In this document: piece after piece, positions 13,194 through 24,040 of the stretch
Position numbering within the stretch: position 1 is the stretch's first letter
How the letters are laid out: each line of letters opens with the position of its first letter
Notes under the pieces: generated by a model
The model's input: only the letters and a program-made list of their open reading frames with translations
The model's database searches: none
What the model was told of the DNA's origin: nothing
Origin: Conidiobolus incongruus B7586
Lineage: Eukaryota
Reading direction: 5' to 3'
Length of the DNA: 44,170 nt
Assembly: GCA_000697335.1 (NCBI GenBank)
Contig: JNEM01009168.1
Location: 1 to 44,170 of the forward strand
Program-made: the position numbers and the translations under genes

Positions 13194-14443
13194 CATGATG
13201 AATTACTCTCAATCATGTTAGTACATTCATTTCAGTTTATATTATTAATATATAAATATTAAAGTAACACTATGATTTTTTAAATAAATACGATATATAT
13301 AAATCTTTATTAATTTAATAGAATGGGCATTGTTAAGAGTCAATAATAATATATGCTTATTTAGATCAAGCGCACCCGTTCAAATCTATAAATGTACCTC
13401 AAAATTTACTCTTTCCAAATATAGAATCCATTTTAAACCCATATTTTCTATAAAAGTTGATTTAAAGTGTTTATTAGATAGCTTATTTAAACCTTACTCA
13501 AAGTCCTAAAATATTAGTAGATTAATATTCTTATAAATTCAATATACTGTAAATTTGGACATTTTTATAATTTATATGATTTTGATGCAATATTGGTACT
13601 AGAATTATTTGATCAAAATTTCGAATTAATACAAAGTTTTTAGATCAGAGTTTTAATCTCTTGCTATGAATTTATTGATATTTAAATCGAATGTATTATC
13701 ACTCTAATATCACAATTGAAATAAATATACTATATAATCAATTCTAAAACTCAACTTCAAATTCGTTTCAACCATTTAATTAGAAGTTCTAGTGAAAATT
13801 TGAAATCATTGAAATATCAAAATTGTTGTTATGTTTTAAGAAAAAATATTTGGCAAAATGATGTATATCGTTTAATTGAAATGTTTATCTCTTGATCATT
13901 ATTATCTATAAAAATTAAAATTATATTTTTTAGAATTAAATTGATTCATATTCCAATTCTTAAATGAGAATTTAAATATAATGATATTCAAGGGAAATAA
14001 AAGTACTTAATTTAATCAATATAAGCTTTATACTATGCTGAAGATAGTGATATAGGTGTATTAAAGCCTATAGAAAATTGCAAAATATAATAGATAATAA
14101 TACCAAATTACGACGAATATATAAATAACACAGAATATAATGTAAACATATCGGATTGATTAAACATAGACTGTAAAATCTGTTTTGATCAGGTCAGATA
14201 TATTCAAAAATAAATAGGAAGTTGTGAATAGGGAATGTAATTAGAAGTAGAATTTAAATAAAATTAGAGAAAATTTTGAGGAATAAAAAAATTGAATTAT
14301 ATGTAAAGAAACTAGTTTTATTTAAAACAATCATAAAAATACAGACTACACATTGTGTAATTGAAAGAGAGGGAATAATAGATACCTAGAAAAATATAAT
14401 TAGTCATTTGGACTTTAAAACGAATATGATTGATTTAATGTGT

Positions 14444-14730
14444 AAGATCAGATTTGACAGTTTTGGTAGCTTGTCGTTTTATGCTTCAGTGGATGATATG
14501 GTACCATAAAAGTAAGGATGAATTTTCAAAACCTGAGGGATCAATGAGATCAGCAACTGAAAAGAGAGTCTCAAGTAATTCACTTCAACTATAAAAACTA
14601 TAGAAGAAGCTGATGAATCACAAGATTATCAACAATCCAATCTCCTTCAAAGATATCAAATTTGTTCAAAACACCTCAACTCCCATAGAACCCATCCAAC
14701 ATCAGACAAATGCCTGAATCATCAGTTTGT
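14444..14730 (-). ncRNA. Long (~280 nt) box C/D snoRNA, snR13/SNORD15-like (guide for LSU rRNA Am2281)
   Basis: C box CTGATGA 14719-14725. Guide AGGCATTTG-T-CTGA (D' 14702-14705) is antisense to LSU CAAAUGCCU. Candidate C' TGAAGC ~14483-14488. snR13-type accessory AAGCTACC (pairs with GGUAGC). D box 14448-14451. Confidence 0.75.
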
Positions 14731-14881
14731 ATGAATGATAAAGGAGAGATAACTTACATTGAAGAAGTGTGAATCGGATAAAAATATGCATGCGTCGGAT
14801 TCAGAATGACATTGAGAGGGATCTAAATGAAAACCATATATTAGTTACATGAACAGATAAAGATGTTAAACATATAAGAAT

Positions 14882-14973
14882 GTGCTCAGTTATGCATGAA
14901 TGGAATTAATTAAAAAGGTTTTCGACATACGATCTAACATTTAGACTCGTCATCTAAGGGCTCATCATTTTAT
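14882..14973 (-). ncRNA. snR75: Box C/D snoRNA snR75 homolog (guide for LSU rRNA Gm2288)
   Basis: C box ATGATGA 14962-14968. Guide TTAGATGACGAG-T-CTAA (variant D') is antisense to LSU CUCGUCAUCUAA. 3' CCATTCATGC element pairs with LSU GCAUGAAUGG. D box 14886-14889. Confidence 0.9.
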
Positions 14974-15102
14974 GAAAAGAAGAAGAAGGAAATTAACTCA
15001 CCTGTTTAAGTTAAAATTATGAAAATAAAAGTAAGGAAAGGATCCTGTAAATCAATGCCAAGTTAGATCAAGGTATATAAAATATGGATGATAAAAAGAT
15101 AG

Positions 15103-15197
15103 AGTATCAGAAGGAGTTTTCTAGGCTCTAGAGCTTGTCAACACAAACATAATGTCTATTTTTACATTCAGTGCCCAGTGCGAGATCATCAAATGAC
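15103..15197 (-). ncRNA. snR76: Box C/D snoRNA snR76 homolog (guide for LSU rRNA Cm2197)
   Basis: C box TTGATGA 15186-15192. Guide GCACTGGGCA-CTGA (D') is antisense to LSU UGCCCAGUGC. D box CTGA 15107-15110. Lies between snR77 and snR75 as in the conserved fungal cluster. Confidence 0.88.
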
Positions 15198-15323
15198 TGA
15201 TGAATACGATGTAATGAGACATACCTTGATTGTTTAAGTTTAGATAGTCATCATTATATCATTAATCATTTAATATCTAAAGATATATCTTATTAATATT
15301 GATATTCAAATATACTAATAAAA

Positions 15324-15439
15324 TGTATATCAACAGCAAAATCAGTAATCAGCCGCAACTTTATCCTCAGGTTGAGAGTACTCGGACGGTAATTCCATAT
15401 TTGTTGTCTGTAATCATCATATAATGCTGTTGATATACA
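15324..15439. repeat. Perfect 15-bp inverted repeat TGTATATCAACAGCA / TGCTGTTGATATACA enclosing snR77
   Basis: Arms read directly at 15324-15338 and 15425-15439. Confidence 0.9.
15338..15425 (-). ncRNA. snR77: Box C/D snoRNA snR77 homolog (guide for SSU rRNA Um578)
   Basis: C box ATGATGA 15414-15420. Guide GGAATTACCGT-CCGA (D') is antisense to SSU GCGGUAAUUCC. C' TGAGGA; accessory GCGGCTG pairs with SSU CAGCCGC; D box 15342-15345. Flanked by a perfect 15-bp inverted repeat. Confidence 0.92.
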
Positions 15440-15571
15440 CATGAGGGAAATCAACTCACCTTTCATTTCATTATACAGCGTAATTTGAGTTTAGATTTAT
15501 TCATAAAAACTAAAAACTGGAAACAAACGTAAGTAAAGATCCCAATAAAAATAAAACAATAGAAAATATAA

Positions 15572-15651
15572 AATTTCAGTTAAAAAATTCACTTCATAAC
15601 TAAGTTCAGAAACTCTAGTTTGAATTTGCGGAAAAAAAATCATCACTTCAA
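15572..15651 (-). ncRNA. snR78: Box C/D snoRNA snR78 homolog (guide for LSU rRNA Um2421, yeast numbering)
   Basis: C box GTGATGA 15640-15646. Guide CAAACTAGAGT-TT-CTGA (D') is antisense to LSU GACUCUAGUUUG, and the D+5 rule lands on the U equivalent to 2421. D box CTGA 15576-15579. Confidence 0.9.
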
Positions 15652-15866
15652 ACAGTGTAAAACCAAAGATAATTACCTTAATCCAATACAGTGACTCCGA
15701 TGGGATATGATTAGATACGATGATCTGTCATATGTTGATTATATAGATTGGTTGATTTAGAAACCTATGAGGAAACACTCAATTTGAGTGAACCTATGGC
15801 TATTTCCAATATCTCAACAAAGAAAAATTTGACTATCCAATTATACCATTGAAATGTAATTAACCA

Positions 15867-15876
15867 TTATGGGATT
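15867..15876 (-). promoter_or_regulatory. AATCCCATAA motif upstream of the snoRNA host gene
   Basis: Exact 10-mer in sense orientation ~190 bp upstream of the first 5' splice site; CCAAT- and TATATAA-like elements follow at ~15740-15755. Confidence 0.65.
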
Positions 15877-18800
15877 AAAAATTATTTACTGAATTTCAAA
15901 TTTTTAGTAATATGAGAATTTTATTTAAGATAATTGATATAGACTTCCACATAATAAATAATTAATTTTGGATATATATATATTTCAAAAGATTACAATT
16001 TTATTATATTTTGTACGAGATTATTTTTTATTTTTTATTTTAATCAGTATGTGATTTATTTTCTAATATAAAAAGTAATGTAATTAATTACTACGGAATA
16101 AATGTTATAATTAAATAATTTCTTTCAATTAGTAAATATGTTGTTGTTATTTTATCTCCAACTTGAATTAAATATAATATATTGGTTAATACATTTTACT
16201 CATTTCTCGGCTTTTATACTATTAAGACTTTTTTATGATGCGGCTTTTATTAAAACTATATTTTATAGGGATATGATAACTTATGATTCATTTAATCCAT
16301 GTAAATTAAATCAAATGTTATTTAAATTCTGATTGTTATCAAAAATAGTGAACCCAATTCAAACAAATAAAACAAAATTAAATGTTATCTAGTTAATATG
16401 AATTAATTATACAATATCTTAAAGATATAATAGGATATTATATTATCTTTTAGTAGTAAAAATTGAATACTTAAGTTAGTTCAACTATCCAACATACATT
16501 ATACAATTTTCAAATTAAAATTTATTAATAACAAATAATTGAATAGTTAATTTTTAACTCTAAAATTTAACTTATATTAAAATACAAATAATATAAGAAC
16601 TAATTATATACATTATGTTTAATCCTATTTAATATCGTCTTTTGCAATATTTATAATAATTTATTTAATATCAAATAATAATCTCTCCAACTACTTTTAA
16701 ATTCGATTTTGGTCTTTTAAAAATGTATTCTTAGAAAACATATTACTCTCACCATTATTTTAAAACATTATTTTATGTCAAATTAAGATTAATTTGAAAT
16801 ATTCAATTAGTATTAATTGTAATTATTTAATCATGAATTATTCTTGTATTATATATACTATGATATATTCCATTGAAATTTATTATTATAGCATTTTACA
16901 TAGCAAGAAAGTGTAATTTTATAACTATATTTTAGTTTAGGTTTCAATATATTATTTTGCAAAAACACTTTGACTTCTGTTTGAGAGTTAAAAATACTAT
17001 ATCATAGATACATAAAATATATAAAAATAACTAACCTAAACGAAATAAATACATTTATTTTTATTGATTTTAATCACAAACTATAATATAATTATATATA
17101 CTTTGACAGAGAATAATCTTGTCCATCACTCAAGAAACTCTGATTATCACACTGATGCAAGAAGTCACATTGGAGGTACCTCATTTCATGAACTGGTTGT
17201 GAACTCATCACTTAATAAACACGTCTTTTTATCTTCATTTTCAAAAGTATCCAGTCTCTAAGTAAAGTATTTGGTATTTACTTTATTCACAGTAAGCTAC
17301 TTTCATTTAATTTGGTGAACCCCCTTAATTTCCCTTAATTTTGTAGTAATCTATTGTTTACCACTGCTGATTCCCTGTTTAAGCTCTAAAATTCTATTTC
17401 CTCCCATTTACAGTTGTCAACTTGTTATTATATCAGTCACAAATTTTTAACTTTAATTTTCAAAATAACTTCAAAAAACCACTGAATTTACAAGAACTAT
17501 AAAAAATCTTTTCATATATTGATATTAAAGTTGGGGACAATAGTATATTTTATTTCATTTGATAGTTTTAATTGAAAATTTATACAGAGCAATTTGTAAA
17601 ATATCAGGTTAATTATTTATCTTGTAATTAATTTGTCATTTGGGATACATTCCTCTTGATAGATTAATAATAATATCTATTTTAAGAAATATTTATTTAT
17701 AAATATTTAATAATTAATTGATTAGCTAATTTCCGTAATATGAAAATTAAATATAATAAAAAATAAAATACTAAGTATAAATCTTTAAGGTCAATTTGCA
17801 AAAATTGGCGGTATTTAGATTAATTTGAAAGTATGAATAGATCATATATCAAAATACTAGTAATACAAAAATAACTCTATATTTTTTATAATGATATATA
17901 TTAAAAATTCTACAAATAAGCTCCCATTTTTATATAAAGTTTGTATTAATTTCAAATATATTTTTAATCGATTTTATAATAGTTTTAGTTTTAATTTAAT
18001 TAAATTAATGATGGAAAATGAGTTTGAAACAATACTAATAAATTATTGTGGGTATTGAAAGAATTTAGTTTCCTATTCCTGATAGCCATAGTATATAGGT
18101 TATTATAAACTGGCAACTATCCTTAATTGGCTTGATGATGATAAAAGTTGATGATATAATCAAATCATCATATTTAAAATATGATTTAATAGATTAAATT
18201 ATATATATATATTTACTGTTGGTTATGCCATTCTTCTGATTACGTATTATCCTTTTATTTCAATTTTATTCTTTTTTATTTTTAATTATATTATGATCTT
18301 TCATATTATTACACCCAAACCAGCAAAATTCTATTTGTATTACATATTAGTTTCATTAACTCAAATATTGTTTCTCTGATTATCTTTTTGAGATTAGATA
18401 ACAGATCAAACATTTTTAGTATGATGATAATTGTAACAATACATGTGATTAATGATATTCATTTAAATTAAATCGTAAGTTTACAAATTCATTTGCTAAT
18501 TCTAATAAATTATCCAATAGTAGTCAAGTATTTCTCTCATATGATTTGAGGAATTAAAAATGTGAAAATTAATTGATTGATTTCAAAAATCTAAGTCATA
18601 TGATGGATTGAAATTTGATTCATATCGATTACTATATTTCTAAATTAGGTGAAAATTTAAACAGAAAATGACCAATTCTACCCAGTGAAATTAGTCCATT
18701 TTGGGAAAGTATGGACTATAATTTGGGAGTGCTATCTAATCAAACATTACAATAAATACAAAATAAAACGTGAAGTCATCATTAAAATCCCCAAATTCAT

Positions 18801-18950
18801 TTTTCGAACCAAGTATAAATTAATCAAAAAGTAATTTTAAAATTTGCACTCTTTCATTAATATAATACAACAAAGTTTGTAACAAAACAGCTATATTAAT
18901 TCGACTGTATATCTATTAATTGTATCGGTTGAGTTTTATCGTTTATTTTA

Positions 18951-20984
18951 ATGAGTTTCAATTTAATGAAAACTGCTCTTTATAGAGCTCCCAGAATTCC
19001 TACTAAACACTGCTTTAATAATTTAGCAAAAAATGCCAAAGTTATTAACCGTCCCACCAGAGTTTATGGTATTAGAGTACTCCAGTCTGTGAACTCTGTT
19101 AGACAGTTTCATACTTCTCAAGGTCTGAGAGAGGCTTCTGAAGAGGCTGAAGTCGATGAAGATCCCACCAAAGCTGAACGCTTCGTCGATGAGGCTGATG
19201 TCGTCATCGTTGGTGCTGGTCCTGCTGGTCTTTCGGCTGCTATTCGTATCAAGCAACTTGCTGAAAAGGACGGTAAAGAAATTCGCGTTGTCGTCGTTGA
19301 AAAAGCTGGTGAAATAGGTATACTAATTATTTGGTAAATATATATTGACGCTTTGCATTAACTAATTTATACAGGCGCCCACACTTTATCAGGTGCTGTC
19401 ATTGAGCCCAGAGCTCTTAATGAACTCTTCCCTGACTGGAAAGAAAGAGGAGTAAATTTTTTATTATAATACATTTTTTTTGTGAATTAACTTTTTTTTA
19501 GGCCCCTCTTAATCAGCCTGCTTTAAAAGACAGTATGAGATTTATGACCAAGAACTATGCTATTCCCATTCCTCACCCGCCTCAAATGTCCAATAAAGGC
19601 AATTACATTATCAGTTTGAACAATTTTGTCAAGTGGCTTGGTGAACAAGCTGAAAGTATTGGTGTCGAAATCTATCCAGGCTATGCTGCTAGTGAAATTT
19701 TATATACTGAAGACGGTAGAGTTAAAGGTATTGCTACCAACGATGTTGGACTTGACAAGAATTTCAAGCCCAAAGATAGCTTTGAAAGAGGTATGGAACT
19801 TCATGCTCCACTCACTCTCTTTGCAGAAGGCTGTCACGGTAGCTTAACCAAGAAAATTATTGAAAAATTCAACTTGAGAGAAGGAAAATCTCACCAAACA
19901 TACGGCATTGGTATTAAAGAAGTTTGGGAGATTGATCCTAAGAAGCATCAAGCTGGCTCTATCACTCACACTCTTGGTTGGCCTTTAGAAAAAGATGTAT
20001 ATGGTGGTAGTTGGATCTATCATATGGAAAACAATCTTTTAAGTATCGGTTTCGTGATTGGATTGGACTACCAAAATACATATTTGAATCCTTATCGTGA
20101 ATTCCAGAGATTCAAGCACCATCCATTCGTTAAGAATCTTCTCGAGGGAGGTAACTGTATTGCTTATGGTGCCAGAGCACTTGTTGAAGGTGGTTATCAA
20201 AGTATTCCCAAACTCGTATTCCCAGGAGGTGCTTTAATCGGTGATACTGCTGGTTTTATGAATGTCCCCAAGATCAAAGGAACCCACACTGCTATGAAGA
20301 GTGGTCTCGTTGCTGCTGATGCTATTTATGATGCCTTCAAATCTGAGCAAGGTATCCCCGCCATTCTTGAAGAATACCCCAAGCAATTAGAAAAATCATG
20401 GCTTTACAAAGAACTTTATGAAGTCAGAAATATTAGACCTTCATTCCATAATCCTTTAGGACTTTATGGTGGTATTATTTACTCAGGTATCGACACCCTC
20501 TTATTAAAGGGAAGAGTGCCTTGGACCTTTAAACACGGAGTTCCTGACCATGCTGCTACAAAACCTGCCAAGTAAGTTTCTACTCACTCCATATTTTATA
20601 TATCAACTAATTTAAAAAATTAGGGAATGTAAAAAGATTGAATATCCCAAACCAGATGGCGTCATTTCTTTCAATTTACTCGACAATGTTTCAAGAAGTG
20701 GTACCAACCATGCTGAAAATCAACCCGTTCACTTACGTCTCAAAGATCCTAAAATCCCAGTAGAACGTAACTTGGCTATCTTTGACGGCCCTGAAAGCAG
20801 ATTCTGTCCCGCTGGTGTGTACGAATTTGTTGATGATGAAGCTAAGGGAGATGGTAGCAAGAGATTGCAAATCAATTCACAAAATTGTGTTCACTGTAAG
20901 ACTTGTGATATCAAAGATGTCAGTCAAAATATTGATTGGACAGTACCCGAAGGTGGAGGTGGTCCCCAATATTCATACACATAG
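18951..20984 (+). CDS. ETFDH: Electron transfer flavoprotein-ubiquinone oxidoreductase, mitochondrial (4 exons: 18951-19317, 19375-19451, 19502-20571, 20624-20984)
   Basis: [20 protein letters not shown] motif, [27 protein letters not shown], and 4Fe-4S motifs RFCPAGVYE and [12 protein letters not shown]. Three GT-AG introns keep the frame. Confidence 0.96.
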
Positions 20985-21624
20985 TTAATTTCATAATATG
21001 AATAAAATTTCTTTTTTATATAATAACTAGAATGTATTTTGTCTTGACTCGTGTTTTTATTGGTGCTGTTATTCAATTTCGAGTAATTTTATATTATAAG
21101 TAATATTAATTTTAGCTAAATGAATATTTATATATTTTCTACATCATATTAGTACTCATATTTGAAAAAGTATGAATCAGTGTAGTATGAATTGTGATTT
21201 AAAGGATCATATTTAGTTGTAAATGTAATCTTTAAAATTGATTATAATGAACTATATCAATAATTTCTTTAATATTTATTTTAAGCTAATCAATCGTATT
21301 TAAATTTTTATATTACTCAAAAGAAAAATGTCTAAATACATAGTTTTCAAGATATGTGTTTAAAGAATAATTAACAAGATATAAATATTGCAATATTAAA
21401 GTTTAATTATTCAACTTGACAAATATTTCAATTTGTTTGATATCATCTAAAATAAAAAATATTTTTATAACAATACAGAATTTAATTAAATTTTAATTTT
21501 ATATAATTAATAAAGTATAAAAATAGTAAAATTATTAATTATTAAAATATTTTACAAAATAATTGAACCGAATTATAAATAATATGATTTGATGTTATTA
21601 ATGAATATACTCTTTTTCGTCGAA

Positions 21625-22296
21625 CTAAACAAATTTAGAAGCAGCTTGAATACTCTCTTGAATTCTCTTCTGTTCTTCTGTAGATAATTGATCATCAACA
21701 TGATTTCCATTATCGAGAGCAGCGGGAAGACCTTCACCTGATTCGAAAGTATTGGAGGCAGCTTCATTTAAGATAGATGTAGCCAAGGAGGTAAACTCGC
21801 CACTTTCAGTTAAAAACAATTGACGACCTTCCAATCGTTCTTTATCTAAAACCCTCTGAAAATCTAAAATTTTCAACTTAGGAAATCTAAAAATACACCA
21901 GTGACGATAATGCTTATCCTTTTGAACAGGATTCTTTAATAATGTTAAAAATGTTAATTGTGTAAAGTTTTTTAAAGGTTCCAAATCGATTAATTTTTGA
22001 AATTGGTTATTAGTTAAAATTAAACTGGTTAAGTTAGGTAGGGCCTCATGTAAATTGGGAACAATATATTGTAATCGATTATTGTTTAATATTAAATTCT
22101 TTAGTCTCTTAAGGTGAGGGAAGTTGCTCAAATGCTTAAGTTCGTTATCAGATAAATCGATAGTATCATTCAAATCCTTCGTAACACCAAGGTTCTCTAT
22201 TTGAGGAGCTTTTAACCCCTTTAAATCTAATTCTCGATCTTTAATAGGGTTAATATAACATGGTGAGCTATTAATAACATTAGCAGTGAGTCTCAT
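21625..22296 (-). CDS. LEA1: U2 snRNP A' protein (LRR), Lea1/SNRPA1
   Basis: MRLTANVI...INPIKDRELDLKG.K.PQIENLGVTKD..DTIDLSDN, LRRs and LRRcap YRHWCIFRFPKLKILDFQRV. Confidence 0.92.
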   Translation of the reverse strand: MRLTANVINSSPCYINPIKDRELDLKGLKAPQIENLGVTKDLNDTIDLSDNELKHLSNFPHLKRLKNLILNNNRLQYIVPNLHEALPNLTSLILTNNQFQKLIDLEPLKNFTQLTFLTLLKNPVQKDKHYRHWCIFRFPKLKILDFQRVLDKERLEGRQLFLTESGEFTSLATSILNEAASNTFESGEGLPAALDNGNHVDDQLSTEEQKRIQESIQAASKFV

Positions 22297-22387
22297 ATTA
22301 TATGTTTAAGTATTTAATAATTATATTTTGTATTAATGATTCATCATTAATTTGATATAATTTAATATGAATTGTATTGTCCTATAA

Positions 22388-22397
22388 TTATGGGATT
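22388..22397 (-). promoter_or_regulatory. AATCCCATAA motif upstream of LEA1
   Basis: Exact 10-mer in sense orientation ~90 bp upstream of the ATG. Confidence 0.65.
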
Positions 22398-24040
22398 AAA
22401 TCCTTTTAATTTAAAATAAGCAATTTTTCAGTTCATCAAAAAAAAAAGCTATTCTGAATTCATAAATTTATCAGTAATTGAACATAATGATAAAATATAC
22501 TAAACTCTAATTTAGCAACAATATAAAATTTACTGATATTGGTTCTGATTATGATATTATTTTTCACTTATAGCCTGAAAAAATTCCAATTTTTTAAAAT
22601 ATACTTTTTAAATAATAATTGAATAGATATTATTTTAAATATTTTTATATAATTATCGAATTCCTTTAAATTATAAATATAGTATTTATATTGAATATAT
22701 ATATATATATTATAACATGTTTCAACTTAATTTGGGATGCTTGGATCATTCAAATTATCTAATTTTGTTTTTGAATCGAATACCTATTCTACTCATTACT
22801 AGATATCAACCAATTCGTTTGATCACATATCATCAAATATAAAAATTGAGCTGGTATTCATAGCATAATATTCATACTTCAAAAAAGGTAATTATTGAAA
22901 CCTTTTTATAAAAGAATTAATACAATCAATAATAAGTAACAGTGTGCTACAATTTTAAATGATGAAATAATATATTAAATCAGGGTTTGTTATTTTGGAA
23001 ATTTGATGCGTTATTAACCATTAGATGCCTCAAGTCAAGCCGAAAAATGTATAATTAATAAATCAATACATATTTAATTATATTTTAAATACCTCAATAT
23101 TAATTTTGTATTGATTTCATTCAAATTTAAATTTTAATCGATACTAAATTTGAATGTAATATTCAGAAATAATAATATTTAAAATTATTAAGTAATTTAA
23201 ATTTAATTACGTTCTAGTAATATAGTATTTTTTTTATCTAATATTTTTGAAATCATAGTGTAATCAGTATCTGAGGCTGTTTGATAATTTAGAGTCAAAT
23301 ATTTTATTCAACTCAAATTTTGATAAATCCCATATCAGTGCCAAATTATGAATATTTATTGACATTCCAGTCGTTAATTGGTTAATAATAATGATTTTAA
23401 CAATTCACCATTATTAATTTTTATCACGTTCAACATTCATTAATTGATTATCTTTTGCTAAAATAATGAATATTAAGTGATCTTCAGTTAATCAAAACAT
23501 GAAACAGTTAGTTGATAAGCTATACCAATTTTATTCTAACCAATCTCATTTTGTAAACAAAGAGTGTGTTAAATATTTTTCATTTGAAATAACTTATTGA
23601 CTTGGTATATATAAAAGCTAAACTGAATGATTTGAACTTTAAGTCGTTGTTCCTACCTCGTATTTCATTTGTTGAGTTGTTTAACATATTACACTAAATT
23701 GAGAGGATATAAAAACAAGCAATTTAAAATGTTGTGGCACATATTTAGTATAGGTATAAATACCATTATTAGTTTAAAATCTAGAATTAATGATACAATT
23801 TATTTTTTAAAAATCATATTTACGATGGATAGGAAACCATGTAAAAATGAGCAATTTCTTACAATTTCAATTATATAGGGTAGAACTATATTTTTTAGAC
23901 CAAAGTTCAAGCAAATGATTTAATGAAGTATAATACGAGTATTGAGGATGTTTTTCGGAAGGGAGAAGATATTTTTCAAATCGGTTTTCTTAAGTACAAT
24001 GATGGTATAGATCCATCAATAAATTGCAGTCTAGTTGCAT

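Larger units (their letters stand above)
14340..15720 (-). ncRNA. Spliced non-coding snoRNA host transcript with 5 introns, one C/D snoRNA in each (ends approximate)
   Basis: Introns ~15517-15676 (GTAATT), 15277-15459 (GTGAGT), 15045-15224 (GTATGT), 14823-15001 (GTGAGT) and 14386-14757 (GTAAGT), each with a branch-like motif and YAG. The 43-65 nt internal exons give no meaningful ORF. Confidence 0.8.

Noticed and set aside
14480..14520. Minus-strand peptide fragments PYHP / PYFYGT suggesting an LTR-retrotransposon integrase or RNase H relic
   Set aside because: No extended similarity. The region is better explained as the 3' part of the long snoRNA inside a spliceosomal intron.
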